From: an uncultured Actinomycetes bacterium
GTDB lineage: Bacteria; Actinomycetota; UBA4738; HRBIN12
Direction: 5' to 3'
Assembly: GCA_963778545.1 (NCBI GenBank)
Contig: CAVZUW010000015.1
Span: 115,825-179,824, forward strand
Length of the DNA: 64,000 nt
The position numbers and the translations under genes are program-made. The number at the start of each line of letters is the position of its first letter. The first letter of the stretch is position 1. Shown piece after piece: positions 1-16,219 of the stretch. Below the pieces are notes generated by a model. It had not been told where the DNA came from, made no database searches, and saw nothing but the letters and a program-made list of their open reading frames with translations.

Positions 1-2
1 GG

Positions 3-1015
3 ATGCATCTCGAGGGGCTCCGCTACGACGTCACGCCCGCCGGGATGCACTACCTGTTGATCCACTTCGACGTCCCGGAGGCGGATGAATGGTCGTGGAC
101 GCTCTCGATCGAGGGATCGGTGCGCGACCCGCTCGAACTGTCGATCGCCGACCTCAAGGCGAGGCCCGGGGCCAGCGTGACGACGACGGTGACGATGGAA
201 TGCGCGGGCAACGGTCGGGCCCGGCTCTCACCGCGGCCGATCTCGCAGCCGTGGCTGGGCGAGGCGGTCGGCACCGCCGACGTGGACCGGGACCCCCCTC
301 CGGCCGCTGCTCGAGGAGGCCGGGCCGCTCGACGAGGCGGTGGAGCTCGTGTTCGCCGGTGCCGATCGCGGGGATCCAGAGGGAGATCGAGCACGACTAC
401 GAGCGCAGCCTCCCGATCGCCGACGCGATGCGCGACGAGGTCCTGCTCGCGTACGAGATGAACGGCGCCCCGCTCCCTCCGCAGCACGGGTTCCCGCTCC
501 GCCTGGTCGTTCCCGGCTGGTACGGGATGACGAGCGTCAAATGGCTGACACGCATCACCGCCGTGCCCGAACCGTTCGAGGGCTTCCAGCAGTTGGCCTA
601 TCGGTACCGCCAGGAGCCCGAGGACGACGGGACACCCGTCACGCGGATGGATCCCCGCTCGCTCATGATCCCGCCCGGCATCCCGGACTTCCTGACGCGG
701 AGCCGCATCGTCGATGCAGGACACCACGTCCTGCGCGGCCGTGCATGGTCCGGATGGGGCCCGATCGAGCGGGTCGAGGTGAGCGCGGACGGGGGCTCGA
801 CCTGGACGACCGCGGAGCTCGGCGATGCGGTCTCGCCGCACGCGTGGCGTTCCTGGTCGTTCGACTGGGATGCCCGGCCCGGCAACGCCGAGCTCTGCTG
901 CCGGGCGGCGGACGCGGCGGGCAACGAGCAGCCGCTCGAGCCGTCGTGGAACCTCGGCGGGTTCTCGAACAACTCCGTCCAGCGCGTGCCGGTCGAGGTT
1001 CGCGCGCCCGCGTAA
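3..1015 (+). pseudogene. Sulfite-oxidase-family molybdopterin oxidoreductase; 5' end cut by the window edge, with two +1 frameshifts as sequenced
   Basis: Frame 3 reads ...TVTMECAGNGRARLSPRPISQPWLGEAVGTA. Frame 1 reads WTGTPLRPLLEEAGPLDEAVELVFAGADRG. Frame 2 reads IQREIEHDYERSLPIADAMRDEVLLAYEMNGAPLPPQHGFPLRLVVPGWYGMTSVKWL plus a Moco-dimerisation-like C-terminus. Frame switches lie near 280 and 371. Length is a multiple of 3 after removing 2 nt. Confidence 0.7.
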
Positions 1016-1017
1016 CG

Positions 1018-2211
1018 TCAGAGCAGCGAACGCAGCTCCTCGAAGCAGCGGTCGATGTCCTCCTCGGTGTTGAAGAAGTGCGGGCTGATCCGCAGGCCGT
1101 CGCCCCGGTAGTCGGTGCACACGTCGCGTTCGAGCAGCGCGTGGCAGATCTTGTCCGCCTCGGGGCCGACGCCGACGTTCACGACGCCGCCGCGCGCGGT
1201 CCGGTCCCGCGGCGTCCGCACCGGCAGGCCCTGCTCGTCCGCGCGCGCGATCACGTGGTCGCCGAGCTCGCCCTGGCGCGCCCGGATCCGTTCGGGCGTC
1301 ACCTCGGCGATCACGTCGAGGCCGCCCTGCGCGATGAAGAACACCGGGGCCGGCGGGGTGCCGTGCTCGAAGCGCCGGGCGGTCGGGTGGTACTCGAGGT
1401 GCTGGGTGTCGAACGAGAAGGGGTCGGCCGTCCCGAACCACCCGGTCACCGTCGGCTCGAGCGAGGGGATCAACCCCCGCCGCACGTACAGGAACGCGAG
1501 CCCGGGTCCGCCGCACAGCCACTTCAGGACCCCCGCCGCGTACGCGTCGCAGCCCACGTCGTGCAGGTCGAGCGGCACGATCCCGATCCCGTGGTAGTCG
1601 TCGAGGAAGGAGAGCGCGCCGCGCTCACGAGCGATCCGGCAGATCTCCTTGGCGTCGACGATCGCGCTCGAGCGGTAGAGCACCCGGTTCACCATCACGA
1701 CGGCGGTGCGTTCGTCGATCGCCCGGTCGTACTCCTCGAGCGGGATCGTCAGACCGTCGGGGGAGCGCAGCCACTCGATCTCGACGCCGCGCTTGGCGTG
1801 CGCGAGCCAGACGTGCCCGTCGGTCGGGAAGTCGAGCTCGGACATCACGATCTTGTTGCGTTCGCCGAAGTCCAGCGCCGAGGCGATCGTCGACATCGCG
1901 ATCGAGATGTTGGTCGTGATCGCGAGCTCGTCCGTGTCGCACCCGGCGAGGCGCGCGAACGACGCCTTCAGCGCCCGCATCCGAGGGAAGATGTCCTCGA
2001 ACCACACGTGGTCGGGGGCGCCCTTGGTCGCCCACGCGTCGAGGTACCCGTCGAGGTACCGCCGCGAGCGATCGGACACCGGTCCGAGGGACGCGCTGAT
2101 CAGGTACGCCTTGCGTTCGAGCACCGGGAACTCGGAACGGTAGGACCCGAGGTCGCGGTCAGTCGTCGGGATCCTCCTCGGACCCGCCGCGAGCTCCGAG
2201 ATCGGGAGCAT
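1018..2211 (-). CDS. Class V aminotransferase-fold PLP-dependent enzyme (kynureninase/cysteine-desulfurase-like)
   Basis: 397 aa counted from the internal ATG at 2211 (MLPISELAAG...). The N-terminus FPVLERKAYLISASLGP is typical of the family, and GVLKWLCGGPG looks like the PLP-lysine region. The longer ORF to 2292 would overlap the upstream gene even more. Confidence 0.65.
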   Translation of the reverse strand: MLPISELAAGPRRIPTTDRDLGSYRSEFPVLERKAYLISASLGPVSDRSRRYLDGYLDAWATKGAPDHVWFEDIFPRMRALKASFARLAGCDTDELAITTNISIAMSTIASALDFGERNKIVMSELDFPTDGHVWLAHAKRGVEIEWLRSPDGLTIPLEEYDRAIDERTAVVMVNRVLYRSSAIVDAKEICRIARERGALSFLDDYHGIGIVPLDLHDVGCDAYAAGVLKWLCGGPGLAFLYVRRGLIPSLEPTVTGWFGTADPFSFDTQHLEYHPTARRFEHGTPPAPVFFIAQGGLDVIAEVTPERIRARQGELGDHVIARADEQGLPVRTPRDRTARGGVVNVGVGPEADKICHALLERDVCTDYRGDGLRISPHFFNTEEDIDRCFEELRSLL

Positions 2212-2524
2212 CCGTCGCGTCCACGTCCTCGGGCTTCTCGTGCTCGACGAGGTAGTCGATGAACAGCGGCCGCAGGCCCTCGGCGAGGTCACCGCGGTCC
2301 GCGTCCACGAGGTCGTTCAGCAGCGCGAGCGGCCGCAGGATATCGATCTCGCTCCGATCCTCGTCGCCGACGGCGGCCCGGGCCTCCGGGATCGTGCTGA
2401 GCAGGTGCCACAGGAACCCGACGTCCAACCGCCGCCACGCGAGCCGCGTCGCGCGGTCGTGCAGCTCCTGCGCGGACAGGCCTTCGAGCGTCTCGCGTTC
2501 GGTCACGGGCCGAGCGTACCCCAC
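2159..2524 (-). CDS. Hypothetical acidic protein (121 aa)
   Basis: ORF with a GTG start 20 nt downstream of the chrA stop and an acidic tail ...GGSEEDPDD. No motif recognised. It overlaps the next gene by about 53 nt. Confidence 0.35.
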   Translation of the reverse strand: MGYARPVTERETLEGLSAQELHDRATRLAWRRLDVGFLWHLLSTIPEARAAVGDEDRSEIDILRPLALLNDLVDADRGDLAEGLRPLFIDYLVEHEKPEDVDATDAPDLGARGGSEEDPDD

Positions 2525-2543
2525 CGGGTGCCGCCCGAGATCG

Positions 2544-3884
2544 TCACGCGATCAACGCGTCGACGAGCCCGACGAGCCCGGCGGCCACGATCACCCACAC
2601 GACGTTGACGCGGAAGCGGCGGATCGCGACGAACGACCCGACGGCCACGCCGATCGCCAGCAGGTCGGCCGAACCCAGGACGGGGACCGCGACGTCATGG
2701 CCGAAGGGCGTCCGAACGTGGACCTCGTCGAACAGCACGCTGGTCGCGAACACCAGGGCGAGGTTCGCGATCACGCCGACGACGGACGCCGTGATCGCGG
2801 TCAGGGCGCCCGAGAGCCGCTCGTTGCCGCGGAGGCGCTCGACGGACGGGGCGCCGAGGAAGATCCACAGGAAGCTCGGGACGAACGTGGCCCAGGCGAC
2901 GACCAGGGCCCCGGAAACGCCCGCCGCCACCGGTGCCAGGGACGCCGGCTCGCGATAGGCGGCGAGGAACCCGACGAACACCACCACCATGATCAGGGGA
3001 CCCGGCGTGCTCTCGGCCAGGCTGAGGCCGACCGCCATCTCGGAGGCGCTGAGCCAGCCGAACCGGACCACCGCCGCCTGGTTCACGTACGCGAGCACCG
3101 CGTAGGCCCCGCCGAACGTGACCAGCGACGCGACCGTGAAGAAGACCGCCTCCTGCGCGAGCACGCTGCCCGACCCCGCCGCCAACGCCACCGCGGCGAG
3201 CGGCACGAGCCAGACGGCGAGCCCGATCGCCAGCACCCGGGCCGTCCGGCCCCACGAGGGTGGCACGCGCTCGGCCTGGCGGAGGTCGGTGGCGCCCGGC
3301 TTCGAGCCGGGGAGGCGGGTCCCGGCGATCAGGCCGACCGCCCCGGCGCCGAGCACCACGAGCGGGAACGGGACGCCGAAGACGAACAACGCCAGGAACG
3401 CGACCACCGCGAGGGTCACCAGGATCGCGTGGCCGAGCGCCCGGCCCGCGATCCGGAGCAGGGCGGCGGCGACGATCCCGACCACGGCCCACGCGAGGCC
3501 GTCGAAGACGCCCGCGATCCAGGTGACGTCGCCGTGGACGGCGTAGATCCACGAGAGCGCCACCATCAGCGCGAAGGCGGGGAGCAGGAAGAACACCCCG
3601 GCGGCGAGGGCCCCGGGCGTGCCGTTGAGCAGCCAGCCCACGTAGATCGCCAGCTGGTGGGCCTCCGGGCCGGGGAGCAGCATCGCGAAGTTCAGCGCGT
3701 GGAGGAAGCTCCCCTCGTCGATCCAGCGGCGCCGTTCGACCAGCTCGGTGTGCATGAGCGCGATCTGGCCCGTGGGCCCCCCGAAGTTCACGAACCCCAG
3801 CCACACCCAGAACCGGAACGCCTCGGCGAACGGCACCGCGGGGGACCCGGGCGGGTCGCGGCGCGCGGGGTCCGGCTGGGTCAC
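2544..3884 (-). CDS. chrA: Chromate ion transporter (CHR family)
   Basis: [52 protein letters not shown] and a second repeated half, with many TM helices. I chose the GTG start at 3884 because a TATGGT -10 lies 6 nt upstream and the longer ORF would run into the uvrA start. Confidence 0.75.
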   Translation of the reverse strand: MTQPDPARRDPPGSPAVPFAEAFRFWVWLGFVNFGGPTGQIALMHTELVERRRWIDEGSFLHALNFAMLLPGPEAHQLAIYVGWLLNGTPGALAAGVFFLLPAFALMVALSWIYAVHGDVTWIAGVFDGLAWAVVGIVAAALLRIAGRALGHAILVTLAVVAFLALFVFGVPFPLVVLGAGAVGLIAGTRLPGSKPGATDLRQAERVPPSWGRTARVLAIGLAVWLVPLAAVALAAGSGSVLAQEAVFFTVASLVTFGGAYAVLAYVNQAAVVRFGWLSASEMAVGLSLAESTPGPLIMVVVFVGFLAAYREPASLAPVAAGVSGALVVAWATFVPSFLWIFLGAPSVERLRGNERLSGALTAITASVVGVIANLALVFATSVLFDEVHVRTPFGHDVAVPVLGSADLLAIGVAVGSFVAIRRFRVNVVWVIVAAGLVGLVDALIA

Positions 3885-3890
3885 CCGCGC

Positions 3891-3896
3891 ACCATA
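3891..3896 (-). promoter_or_regulatory. -10 hexamer TATGGT for a leaderless chrA transcript
   Basis: The plus strand reads accata. It ends 6 nt before GTG 3884, with no SD in between. Confidence 0.4.
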
Positions 3897-3924
3897 TCCC
3901 CGGCCGGGGGCCGCCTCGAAGCCT

Positions 3925-3945
3925 TGTCGGCGCCTTCGGTACGAT
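3925..3945 (+). promoter_or_regulatory. RecA-NDp-like (PafBC-type) promoter of uvrA: TGTCGG-N9-TACGAT
   Basis: The sequence is cTTGTCGGCgccttcggTACGATgcctccGTG. The -10 ends 6 nt before the uvrA GTG at 3952, so the transcript would be leaderless. Confidence 0.5.
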
Positions 3946-3951
3946 GCCTCC

Positions 3952-6816
<2,865 letters not shown>

Positions 6817-6874
6817 AGCCCACGGCCGGGTGCGCCGCTCCGTGCCCGTCACCTTGCTAGGATTGCGCCCGCTC

Positions 6875-8843
6875 ATGCCCCAGGCCCTCCGATGGAAGCT
6901 GCTGCCGCTGGCCTTCGTGCTCGCTCTGGGCGCGGCGGCCTGCGCCGAACCTCCGACGGCAACGGTCAACCTCGGATCCGGGGTCCGGTTCCTCCCCGAG
7001 GTCGGCGACTCGCTGAACGACGCGGGCCGGTACCCCTCGGTCGTGACGAACCCCGACGGCCTGCCCGTCGTCGCGTACTTCGCGTTCGAGGAGAAGCTCG
7101 AGGCCGGCGAGGTGCCGGTGACCCGACCGGTGGGCTCCCCGTCGATCCCGGGGGTCCTGCTCGCCACCGTGAGCGAGCAAGGGTTCTGGACGCGTGGCGC
7201 CATCGCGATGCAGGCGGAGATCCCCAACGTCTCGATCGCGTTCAACCCGGCGTTCGAGCCGTCGGTCGCCGACCTGACCCCCGAGAACGTGACCGGTCTC
7301 GCGATGGTCGCCGACGGCGATACCTACCACGCGGTCTGGGGCTCGGACGCCGGGCATCTACTACGGGACCGGCTCCCTCGATCCGGCGACCACGACGCAG
7401 GCCGTGGTCACGCAGGTGACGAAGACCCCCGGCTACGGCCTCTCGATCGGTCTCGCCGGTGGTGACCCGGCGATCGCCTTCTACACCTCGACCTCGTCCG
7501 ACGCCACGGTGCAGCTCGCCATGCCCGACGGCGACACGTGGTCGAACGACACGATCGCCGAGGGCGCGGGGTGCGACACGTGCCGGACCGCGGTGATCGG
7601 GGCGGACCCGCCGACGGTGGCCTACTCCGACGGCGGCGCCGGCGTCGAGGTGGCGTCCAACGACGGGGAGAACGGGTTCGTGAGCTTCGAGGTCTCGGCC
7701 ACCGGAGGCCAGGGGCTGTCGGGGGTCGCGATGGACGGGGGTCTCGCGCTGTCGTACTACGACGCCGCGAACGGCCAGGTCACGATCGCCACCCGCACCG
7801 GCGACGGGTCGGTCGACACGGTCGCCGCCGCCGAGGTCCCGGAGGGCAGCGCGGAGGGACCCGGCGCCAGGACCGGGATCGCGCTCGGCTCCGAGGGTTC
7901 GGTCGACGTCACGTGGTGGGACGCGGACGAGGGGGTCCGGTTCGCGACCGGCGACCCGGGGTCGCTGAAGGCCGTCGAAACGGGAACCTCGACGGTGGAC
8001 GGCGCGTTCCCGACGATCACCGTGACCGAGGACGGCTCGGTGACCTACCTCGCGTGGTACGCGACCACCGAGGCCGATCTGCTCGTCGGCGGATACGGCG
8101 ACTTCCAGGATGTGCCGTTCGCCGAGCCCAGCCCCACGCCGACCGGCCCGATCGCCCAACCGTCGTCTCCGACCACGGAATGCACCCCGCTCCTGAACGG
8201 GACGGTCAAGGTGGTTGCGCAAGGCATCGCGTTCACCGAGGGCGACTGCATCGAGGCCGCCGCCGGCGAGTCGTTCTCGATCGAGTTCGACAACCGCGAC
8301 GAGGGCACGCAGCACAACATCGAGATCTTCAGCGGTGAGGAGCCGACGGGGGACACCGTGTTCCAGGGGGACCTCGTCACCGGCCCGAACCAGGTGATCT
8401 TCGATGTCCCGGCCCTCGACGCGGGCACCCACGCGTTCAACTGCGTGGTGCACCCGACGATGGTCGGCAGCGTCGAGGTCTCCGAGGGGGGTGGGGGCGG
8501 CGCCGGAGGCGGCGGCCAAGCCGGTGGCGGTGGGGGCGGCCAGGGCGGCGGTGGAGCAGCGACCACGACCGTGACGGCCTCCGGGATCGCGTTCGATACG
8601 TCGACGATCGACCTGCCGGCGGACGAGGCGAGCACGATCCACTTCGTGAACGAGGACAGCGGGGTCCAGCACAACATCGCGATCTTCCCGAGCGCCGACG
8701 ACCTCGCGAACGCCCTGTTCCGCGGCGACCTGGTGACCGGGCCGGGTGAGGCCGACTACGCCATCGACCCCCTGGAGGCCGGCGAGTACTACTTCCATTG
8801 TGACGTCCACCCGACCATGAACGGAACGGTGAACGTCTCCTAA
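6875..8843 (+). pseudogene. Lipoprotein with a beta-propeller-like repeat region and two C-terminal type-1-copper cupredoxin domains; one +1 frameshift near 7353
   Basis: The signal/lipobox is MPQALRWKLLPLAFVLALGAAAC. About six repeats end in VAYF/IAFY/VAYS/LSYY/VTWW/LAWY. The two cupredoxin ligand sets are HNIEIF...HAFNCVVHPTM and HNIAIF...YFHCDVHPTM, separated by a poly-Gly linker. The frame changes at WGSDAG|IYYGTGS. Confidence 0.7.
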
Positions 8844-8886
8844 GACGCCGTAGGGCATCCAACCGGGTTCCCGCAGGTTGCCGCGC

Positions 8887-8892
8887 TACGAT
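8887..8892 (+). promoter_or_regulatory. -10 hexamer TACGAT upstream of uvrC (implies a leaderless start at GTG 8900)
   Basis: The hexamer overlaps ATG 8891. The in-frame GTG at 8900 lies 7 nt after the hexamer. Confidence 0.35.
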
Positions 8893-10768
8893 GGGTCGCG
8901 TGAGTTTCCTGCGACCCGATGCCTCGTCGATCCCCGACAGCCCGGGCGCGTACCTGTTCCGGGACGGCGACGGCCGGGTCGTCTACGTCGGCAAGGCCAG
9001 GTCCCTGCGCAAGCGGCTGGCCAACTACTGGGGACGCGACCTCCACCCCCGGACCGAGGCGATGGTGGCCGCCGCCGCCTCGGTCGAATGGATCATGGCC
9101 TCCACCGAGGTCGACGCCCTCCTGCTCGAGTACAACCTGATCCAGGAGCACCGGCCCCGGTTCAACGTCCGGTACCGCGACGACAAGTCCTACCCCTACC
9201 TCGCGCTGACGGTGGGGGAGCGCTGGCCGCGGGCCCAGGTCCTGCGGGGCGCCAAGCGCAAGAACGTCCGGTACTTCGGGCCGTTCGGGCACGCCTACGC
9301 GATCCGCGAGACCCTCGACGCCCTGACCCGCGTGTTCCCGGTCCGGACCTGCTCGAACTCCTTCTTCGACCAGCGCGCCCGGGCCCGCCGCCCGTGCCTG
9401 TACTACGACATCGGCCGCTGCTCGGGGCCGTGCGTGCCCGGAGCAGACGGGGGTCACCGAGGAGTCGTACCGGGCCGACGTCGATGCGCTCGGCGAGTTC
9501 CTGTCCGGCCACGAGCGCCCGATCATGGAGCGGCTCGAACGCGAGATGGAGGAGGCCGCCCGCCGCCAGGAGTACGAGCTCGCGGCCAAGCACCGTGACC
9601 AGCTCACCGCCGCCAGGCGGGCGCTCGAGAGCCAGGAGATGGTGCTCTCGCAGCCCGACGACCTCGACGTGGTCGGGCTCGCCGAGGACGACCTCGAGGC
9701 GGGGTTCCAGGTCTTCTTCGTCCGCCGAGGCCGGGTCATGGGCCGCAAGGGGTGGGTCGTCGACCGGGTCGAGGACCTCGACCGGGCCGGCCTCGTCGGG
9801 TCGTTCCTGCGCGAGCTGTACATGCAGCGACAGGACGTGCCGCCGAGGATCCTGGTGCCCGAGCTCCCGGCCGACGCCGAGGTGCTCGGGGCGTGGCTCG
9901 CGACCCGGCGGGACGGGCCGGTCCGGTTCGCCGTGCCCGAACGCGGGACCAAGCGCAAGCTGATGGAGACCGTGACCCAGAACGCGACCGAGCAGTTCCG
10001 CCGGCACAAGCTGCGGCGGGCCTCGGACTTCGGCGCCCGGTCCCGGGCCCTGGCCGAGCTCGGCCGGCGTCTCGAGCTCGAGCAGCCTCCGCTGCGGATC
10101 GAGTGCTACGACATCTCGAACCTCGGCCCGACGGACACCGTGGGCTCGATGGTCGTGTTCGAGGACGGCCTGCCCAAGCGGAGCGACTACCGCCGGTTCG
10201 AGATCAAGGGCGTGCCCGGACAGGACGATTTCGCAAGCATGGAGGAGATGCTCCGCCGCAGGCTGGCGCGCCTGGCCAAGGACCGGGAGCCCGGCGAGCG
10301 CCGCCGGTTCGCCTACCCGCCGGCGCTGATCGTGGTCGACGGCGGTCGCGGACAGCTCTCGAGCGCGACGAAGGCGCTCGCCGATGCGGACGTCCACATC
10401 CCGGCGATCGGGCTCGCCAAGCGGCTCGAGGAGGTCTACTTCCCCGACCGGCCCGACCCGCTCGTGATCCCCCGGGGCTCCGAGGCCCTGTTCGTGCTCC
10501 AACACCTGCGGGACGAGGCCCACCGGTTCGCGATCACGTACCACCGAGAGAAGCGCGGGAAGCGCGCGCTGGCCTCGCCGCTCGACGACGTCGCCGGGGT
10601 GGGGCCGTCCAGGAAGAAGGCGTTGCTGAAGCGGTTCGGCTCGGTGGCCCGTCTCGCGCGGGCGAGCGAGGACGAGATCGCCTCGACGCCGGGTGTCGGG
10701 GCCGACCTCGCGCGGGCGATCCACGATCGTCTGACCTCGTCCGAACCGGCCGGGGGGAGGCGCAGCGC

Positions 10769-10772
<4 letters not shown>
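8891..10772 (+). pseudogene. uvrC: Excinuclease ABC subunit C; one +1 frameshift near 9440 as sequenced (start may be GTG 8900)
   Basis: GIY-YIG N-terminus PGAYLFRDGDGRVVYVGKARSLRKRLANY. CSGPCVP is followed after a frame hop by QTGVTEESYRADVDALGEFLSG. The UVR domain (EYELAAKHRDQL), endonuclease domain and C-terminal HhH are present. Length is a multiple of 3 after removing 1 nt. Confidence 0.9.
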
Positions 10773-12842
<2,070 letters not shown>

Positions 12843-12848
12843 CCGCCG

Positions 12849-14060
12849 GTGCCCCTGCGAACGCTCGACGACCTCGGTGACCTCGCCGGCCGGCGCGTCT
12901 TCGTCCGGCTCGACCTCAACGTCCCGCTCGAGGACGGGGTCGTCACGGACGACGCGCGCATCCGAGCCAGCCTGCCGACGCTGACCGAGCTGCTCGAGCG
13001 CGGCGCCTCGATCGTCGCCGCCTCGCACCTCGGGCGGCCGAACGGCCGTGTCGATCGAGACGCTCCGGCTCGGCCCGGTCGCCGAGCTGCTCCGCGAGCT
13101 CGCTGGATCGCGTGGTCGAGTACGTCCCGACCGACGGCGTCCTCAGCCCCGAGGTCGAGCAGTCGTGCCAGGCCCTCGCGTTCGAGCCCGGCCGGATCGT
13201 CCTGCTCGAGAACCTGCGGTTCGATCCCGGCGAGGAGGCCAACGAACGGGCGTTCGCGCAGCGGCTCGCCGGCCTGGCCGACCTGTACGTCGACGACGCG
13301 TTCGGCGCGGTGCACCGCGCGCATGCGTCGGTGGTCGCGCTGCCGGAGGTCCACCGGAAGCAGGGCAGGGACACCGTCGCCGGACGTCTGCTCCAAGCGG
13401 GAGGTCGAGGCGCTGTCCCGGTTGGTCGGCGATCCGGCGCGTCCCTACGTCGCCGTGCTCGGCGGGGCCAAGGTCTCGGACAAGCTCGGCACGATCGGCG
13501 CGCTCGTCGAACGCGTCGACGCGCTCCTGATCGGTGGGGCGATGGCGTTCACGTTCCTCGCCGCCGACGGCGGCTCGATCGGGAACAGCCTGGTCGAGCC
13601 CGATCGGTTCGACGAGGTCCGCGCCGCTCGCGCCCGCGCGGACGAGCGCGGCGTCGTGCTGCAACTGCCCGAGGACGTGGTCGCCGCGCCGTCCAAGAGC
13701 CTGGACGCCCCCCGCCACACGGTGCCGAGCGCGCGGGTGCCGGCGGGCGAGCTCGGTCTCGACATCGGTCCGCGGGCGGTGGAGGAGTTCGCGAGGACGA
13801 TCGCCGACGCCAAGACGCATCGTGTGGAACGGCCCGATGGGGGTGTTCGAGCTCGAGCCGTTCAGCGCCGGGACCCGCGGGGTCGCCACGGCGATCGCCG
13901 GCGCGAGCGCCTACTCCGTCGTCGGCGGCGGCGACAGCCTCGCGGCCGTGAAGAGGTACGGGCTGGAGGAGCGGGTTCGACCACCTCTCGACCGGCGGGG
14001 GCGCCTCGCTCGAGTTCCTCGAGGGCCGCGAGCTGCCGGGCATCGAGGTCCTGGAGGTGA
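12849..14060 (+). pseudogene. pgk: Phosphoglycerate kinase; six +1 frameshifts as sequenced
   Basis: Conserved Pgk segments appear in successive frames: [12 protein letters not shown] / [19 protein letters not shown] / VEYVPTDG...[12 protein letters not shown]...[12 protein letters not shown] / [32 protein letters not shown] / [19 protein letters not shown] / [27 protein letters not shown]. Shifts lie near 13048, 13101, 13393, 13818, 13973 and 14057. Removing 6 nt from 1212 gives 402 codons. Confidence 0.9.
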
Positions 14061-14066
14061 CGCCTC

Positions 14067-14837
14067 GTGAGCGGACGCAAGCCGCTCATCGCGGCCAACT
14101 GGAAGATGCACAAGACGCACCTCGAGGCGATCCAGGCCGTGCAGAAGCTCTCCTACCTGCTGGACAAGGACGACGCCGAGCGCGTGGAGGTCGTGATCTG
14201 CCCGGCCGCCACGTCGCTGCGCTCGGTGCAGACGCTGATCGACAGCGACCGGCTCCCGTACGGCCTCGGCGCGCAGGACGTGCACTGGGAGGACGAGGGG
14301 GCGTTCACCGGCGAGGTCTCGCCCCCGATGCTCGTGGCGCTCAAGGTCGGCTACGTGATCGTCGGGCATTCGGAGCGCCGGGCGATGTTCGGCGAGACCG
14401 ACGAGACCGTGAACCGGAAGGTCCGTGCGGTGTTCGCGCACGGCATGACGCCGATCCTGTGCGTCGGCGAGACGCTGAAGGAGCGCGACGTCGGCGCCAC
14501 CGAGGATCGCGTGACCGCGCAGGTCCGAGCCGACCTCGCGGGCGTCCCGGCGTCCGACGCCGGGAAGCTGGTCGTCGCCTACGAGCCGATCTGGGCGATC
14601 GGCACCGGCCGCAACGCCGAGCCCTCCGACGCCGGGCAGGTGATCGGGTTGATCCGGCAGACGCTCGCGGAGCTGTACGACGGCGAGCTCGCGCAGGCGG
14701 TCCGGATCCAGTACGGGGGGAGCGTGAAGGCCGGGAACATCCGCGACTTCATGGCGCACCCCGAGATCGACGGGGCGCTCGTGGGCGGCGCGAGCCTGGA
14801 TCCCGAGGAGCTCGCCCTGATCGTCAAGTACCGGTGA
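14067..14837 (+). CDS. tpiA: Triosephosphate isomerase
   Basis: GTG start. Motifs are [32 protein letters not shown] and YGGSVK. Confidence 0.95.
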   Translation: MSGRKPLIAANWKMHKTHLEAIQAVQKLSYLLDKDDAERVEVVICPAATSLRSVQTLIDSDRLPYGLGAQDVHWEDEGAFTGEVSPPMLVALKVGYVIVGHSERRAMFGETDETVNRKVRAVFAHGMTPILCVGETLKERDVGATEDRVTAQVRADLAGVPASDAGKLVVAYEPIWAIGTGRNAEPSDAGQVIGLIRQTLAELYDGELAQAVRIQYGGSVKAGNIRDFMAHPEIDGALVGGASLDPEELALIVKYR

Positions 14838-14841
14838 CGCG

Positions 14842-16105
14842 GTGAACCGGCTCCTGTACGTCTGCCTCGACGGCCTGGCCGACGACCCGATCCCGGAGCT
14901 CGACGGCCGCACGCCGCTGGAGGCGGCCGAGACGCCGTTCCTCGACGCGCTTGCACGGCAAGGAAGCACGGGGACGGTGACGACCGTGGGCGAGGGCATC
15001 GCGCCCGAGTCGGACATCGCGGTGTTCGCGATCTTGGGCTACGACCCGCGCGAGGAGCACCCCGGGCGAGGGGTCGTGGAGGCGCTCGGCGTCGGGATGG
15101 ACTTCCGCGACGGCGATCTCGCCTACCGCGTGAACTTCGCGACGGCGGAGTGGCCGAGGATCGTCGACCGCCGCGTCGGGCGCGATCTCACCTCCGACGA
15201 GGCGCGAGCGCTCGCCGACGAGGTGAACGAGCGAGCTCTCGCTCCCGGACGCCACGTTCGAGCTGCGCTCCACGGTGGAGCATCGGGGCGTCCTGGTGAT
15301 CCGCGCGGACGAGGGAGCGCTCTCGGCCGAGGTGTCGAACACCGACCCCGCGTACCGCAAGGACGGGCACCTCGGCGTGGCGCTCGAGACGTTCGAGCCC
15401 GAGGTGGTCCGGTGCGAACCGCTCGAGGACACGCCCGAGGCCCGACGCGCCGCCGAGCTCACCAACGCGTTCGTCGAGGGCGCCGCGAAGATCCTCGACG
15501 CCTCCGAGGTCAACGCGGCGCGGCGTCGGGCGGGCAAGCTGCCGGGGAACCTGATCCTGACGCGGGACGGCGGCGACCGCCGGCCGTCGCTGCAGCCGAT
15601 CGCCGAGCGGTTCGGGCCGTCGTGGGGGTGCTTCGTCGAGATGCCCGTGGAGCGGGGGATCGCCTTGATCCTGGGCATGGAGCCCGTGGACGCCCCGCGG
15701 CTGCTGGCCGAGGAGGACTACGCGACCTGGGCCCGCCTGGCGATCGAGGCGCTCGAGGGCTTCGACGCGCTGTACATCCACATCAAGGGTCCGGACGTGC
15801 CGGCCCACGACGGCCGCGCGGAGGACAAGCGGGACATCATCTCGCTGATCGACCGCGCGTTCTTCGGCGAGCTCCTCCCGGGGATCGACCCGGCCCGGAC
15901 GATCGTGGCCGTGACCGCGGACCACGCCACCTCGTGCGTCCGCAAGGCCCACACGGCGGAGCCCGTCCCCTGCTGGTGACCGGGCGGGCCGGTTCGTTCG
16001 GACGGAACCGAGGCGTTCGGCGAGCGTGCGTGCGCCGTCGGGAAGCTCGGTGCGCTGAAAGGCATCGAGATCCTCCCGCGGATCTCGGCGCTGCTCCGGG
16101 GCTGA
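14842..16105 (+). pseudogene. apgM: Archaeal-type cofactor-independent phosphoglycerate mutase (ApgM family); +1 frameshift near 15238 and a compensating -1/+1 pair near 15972/15995
   Basis: LLYVCLDGLADDP, VEHRGVLVIRADEG, YIHIKGPDVPAHDG and VTADHATS. HTAEPVP is followed by LLVTGRAG in another frame, then VRSDGTEAFGERAC...ILPRISALLRG. An in-frame TGA at 15977 lies inside the short shifted stretch. Confidence 0.8.
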
Positions 16106-16219
16106 CACCGCGCCTCGACGTTCGCTCGGCCGACCGCACGATCCCGCAACCCCCGAGATTTCGGAGCGGCGTATATTGGGTTTCCGGCGCATTGCCTGGT
16201 CACGGGCCCGAGGGCTAAG

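Noticed and set aside
8478-8550. A G-rich tract (ggggggtgggggcggcgcc...ggtgggggcggccagggcggcgg), which I considered as a G-quadruplex or repeat element.
   Set aside because: It is in frame and encodes the poly-Gly linker between the two cupredoxin domains. The G-runs are too irregularly spaced for a canonical G4 motif.
8866-8892. A possible RecA-NDp/PafBC motif upstream of uvrC, analogous to the one at uvrA.
   Set aside because: Only the TACGAT -10 is present. The sequence 15-16 nt upstream (CGCAGGTT) matches TGTCGGTG at 4 of 8 positions.
15977-15979. An in-frame TGA inside apgM (PVPCW-stop-PGGPVRSDG), which I considered as possible selenocysteine or programmed readthrough.
   Set aside because: The adjacent frame restores the conserved PVPLLVTGRAG motif for exactly the stretch between two nearby indels. 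A compensating -1/+1 pair explains it, and I saw no SECIS-like element.
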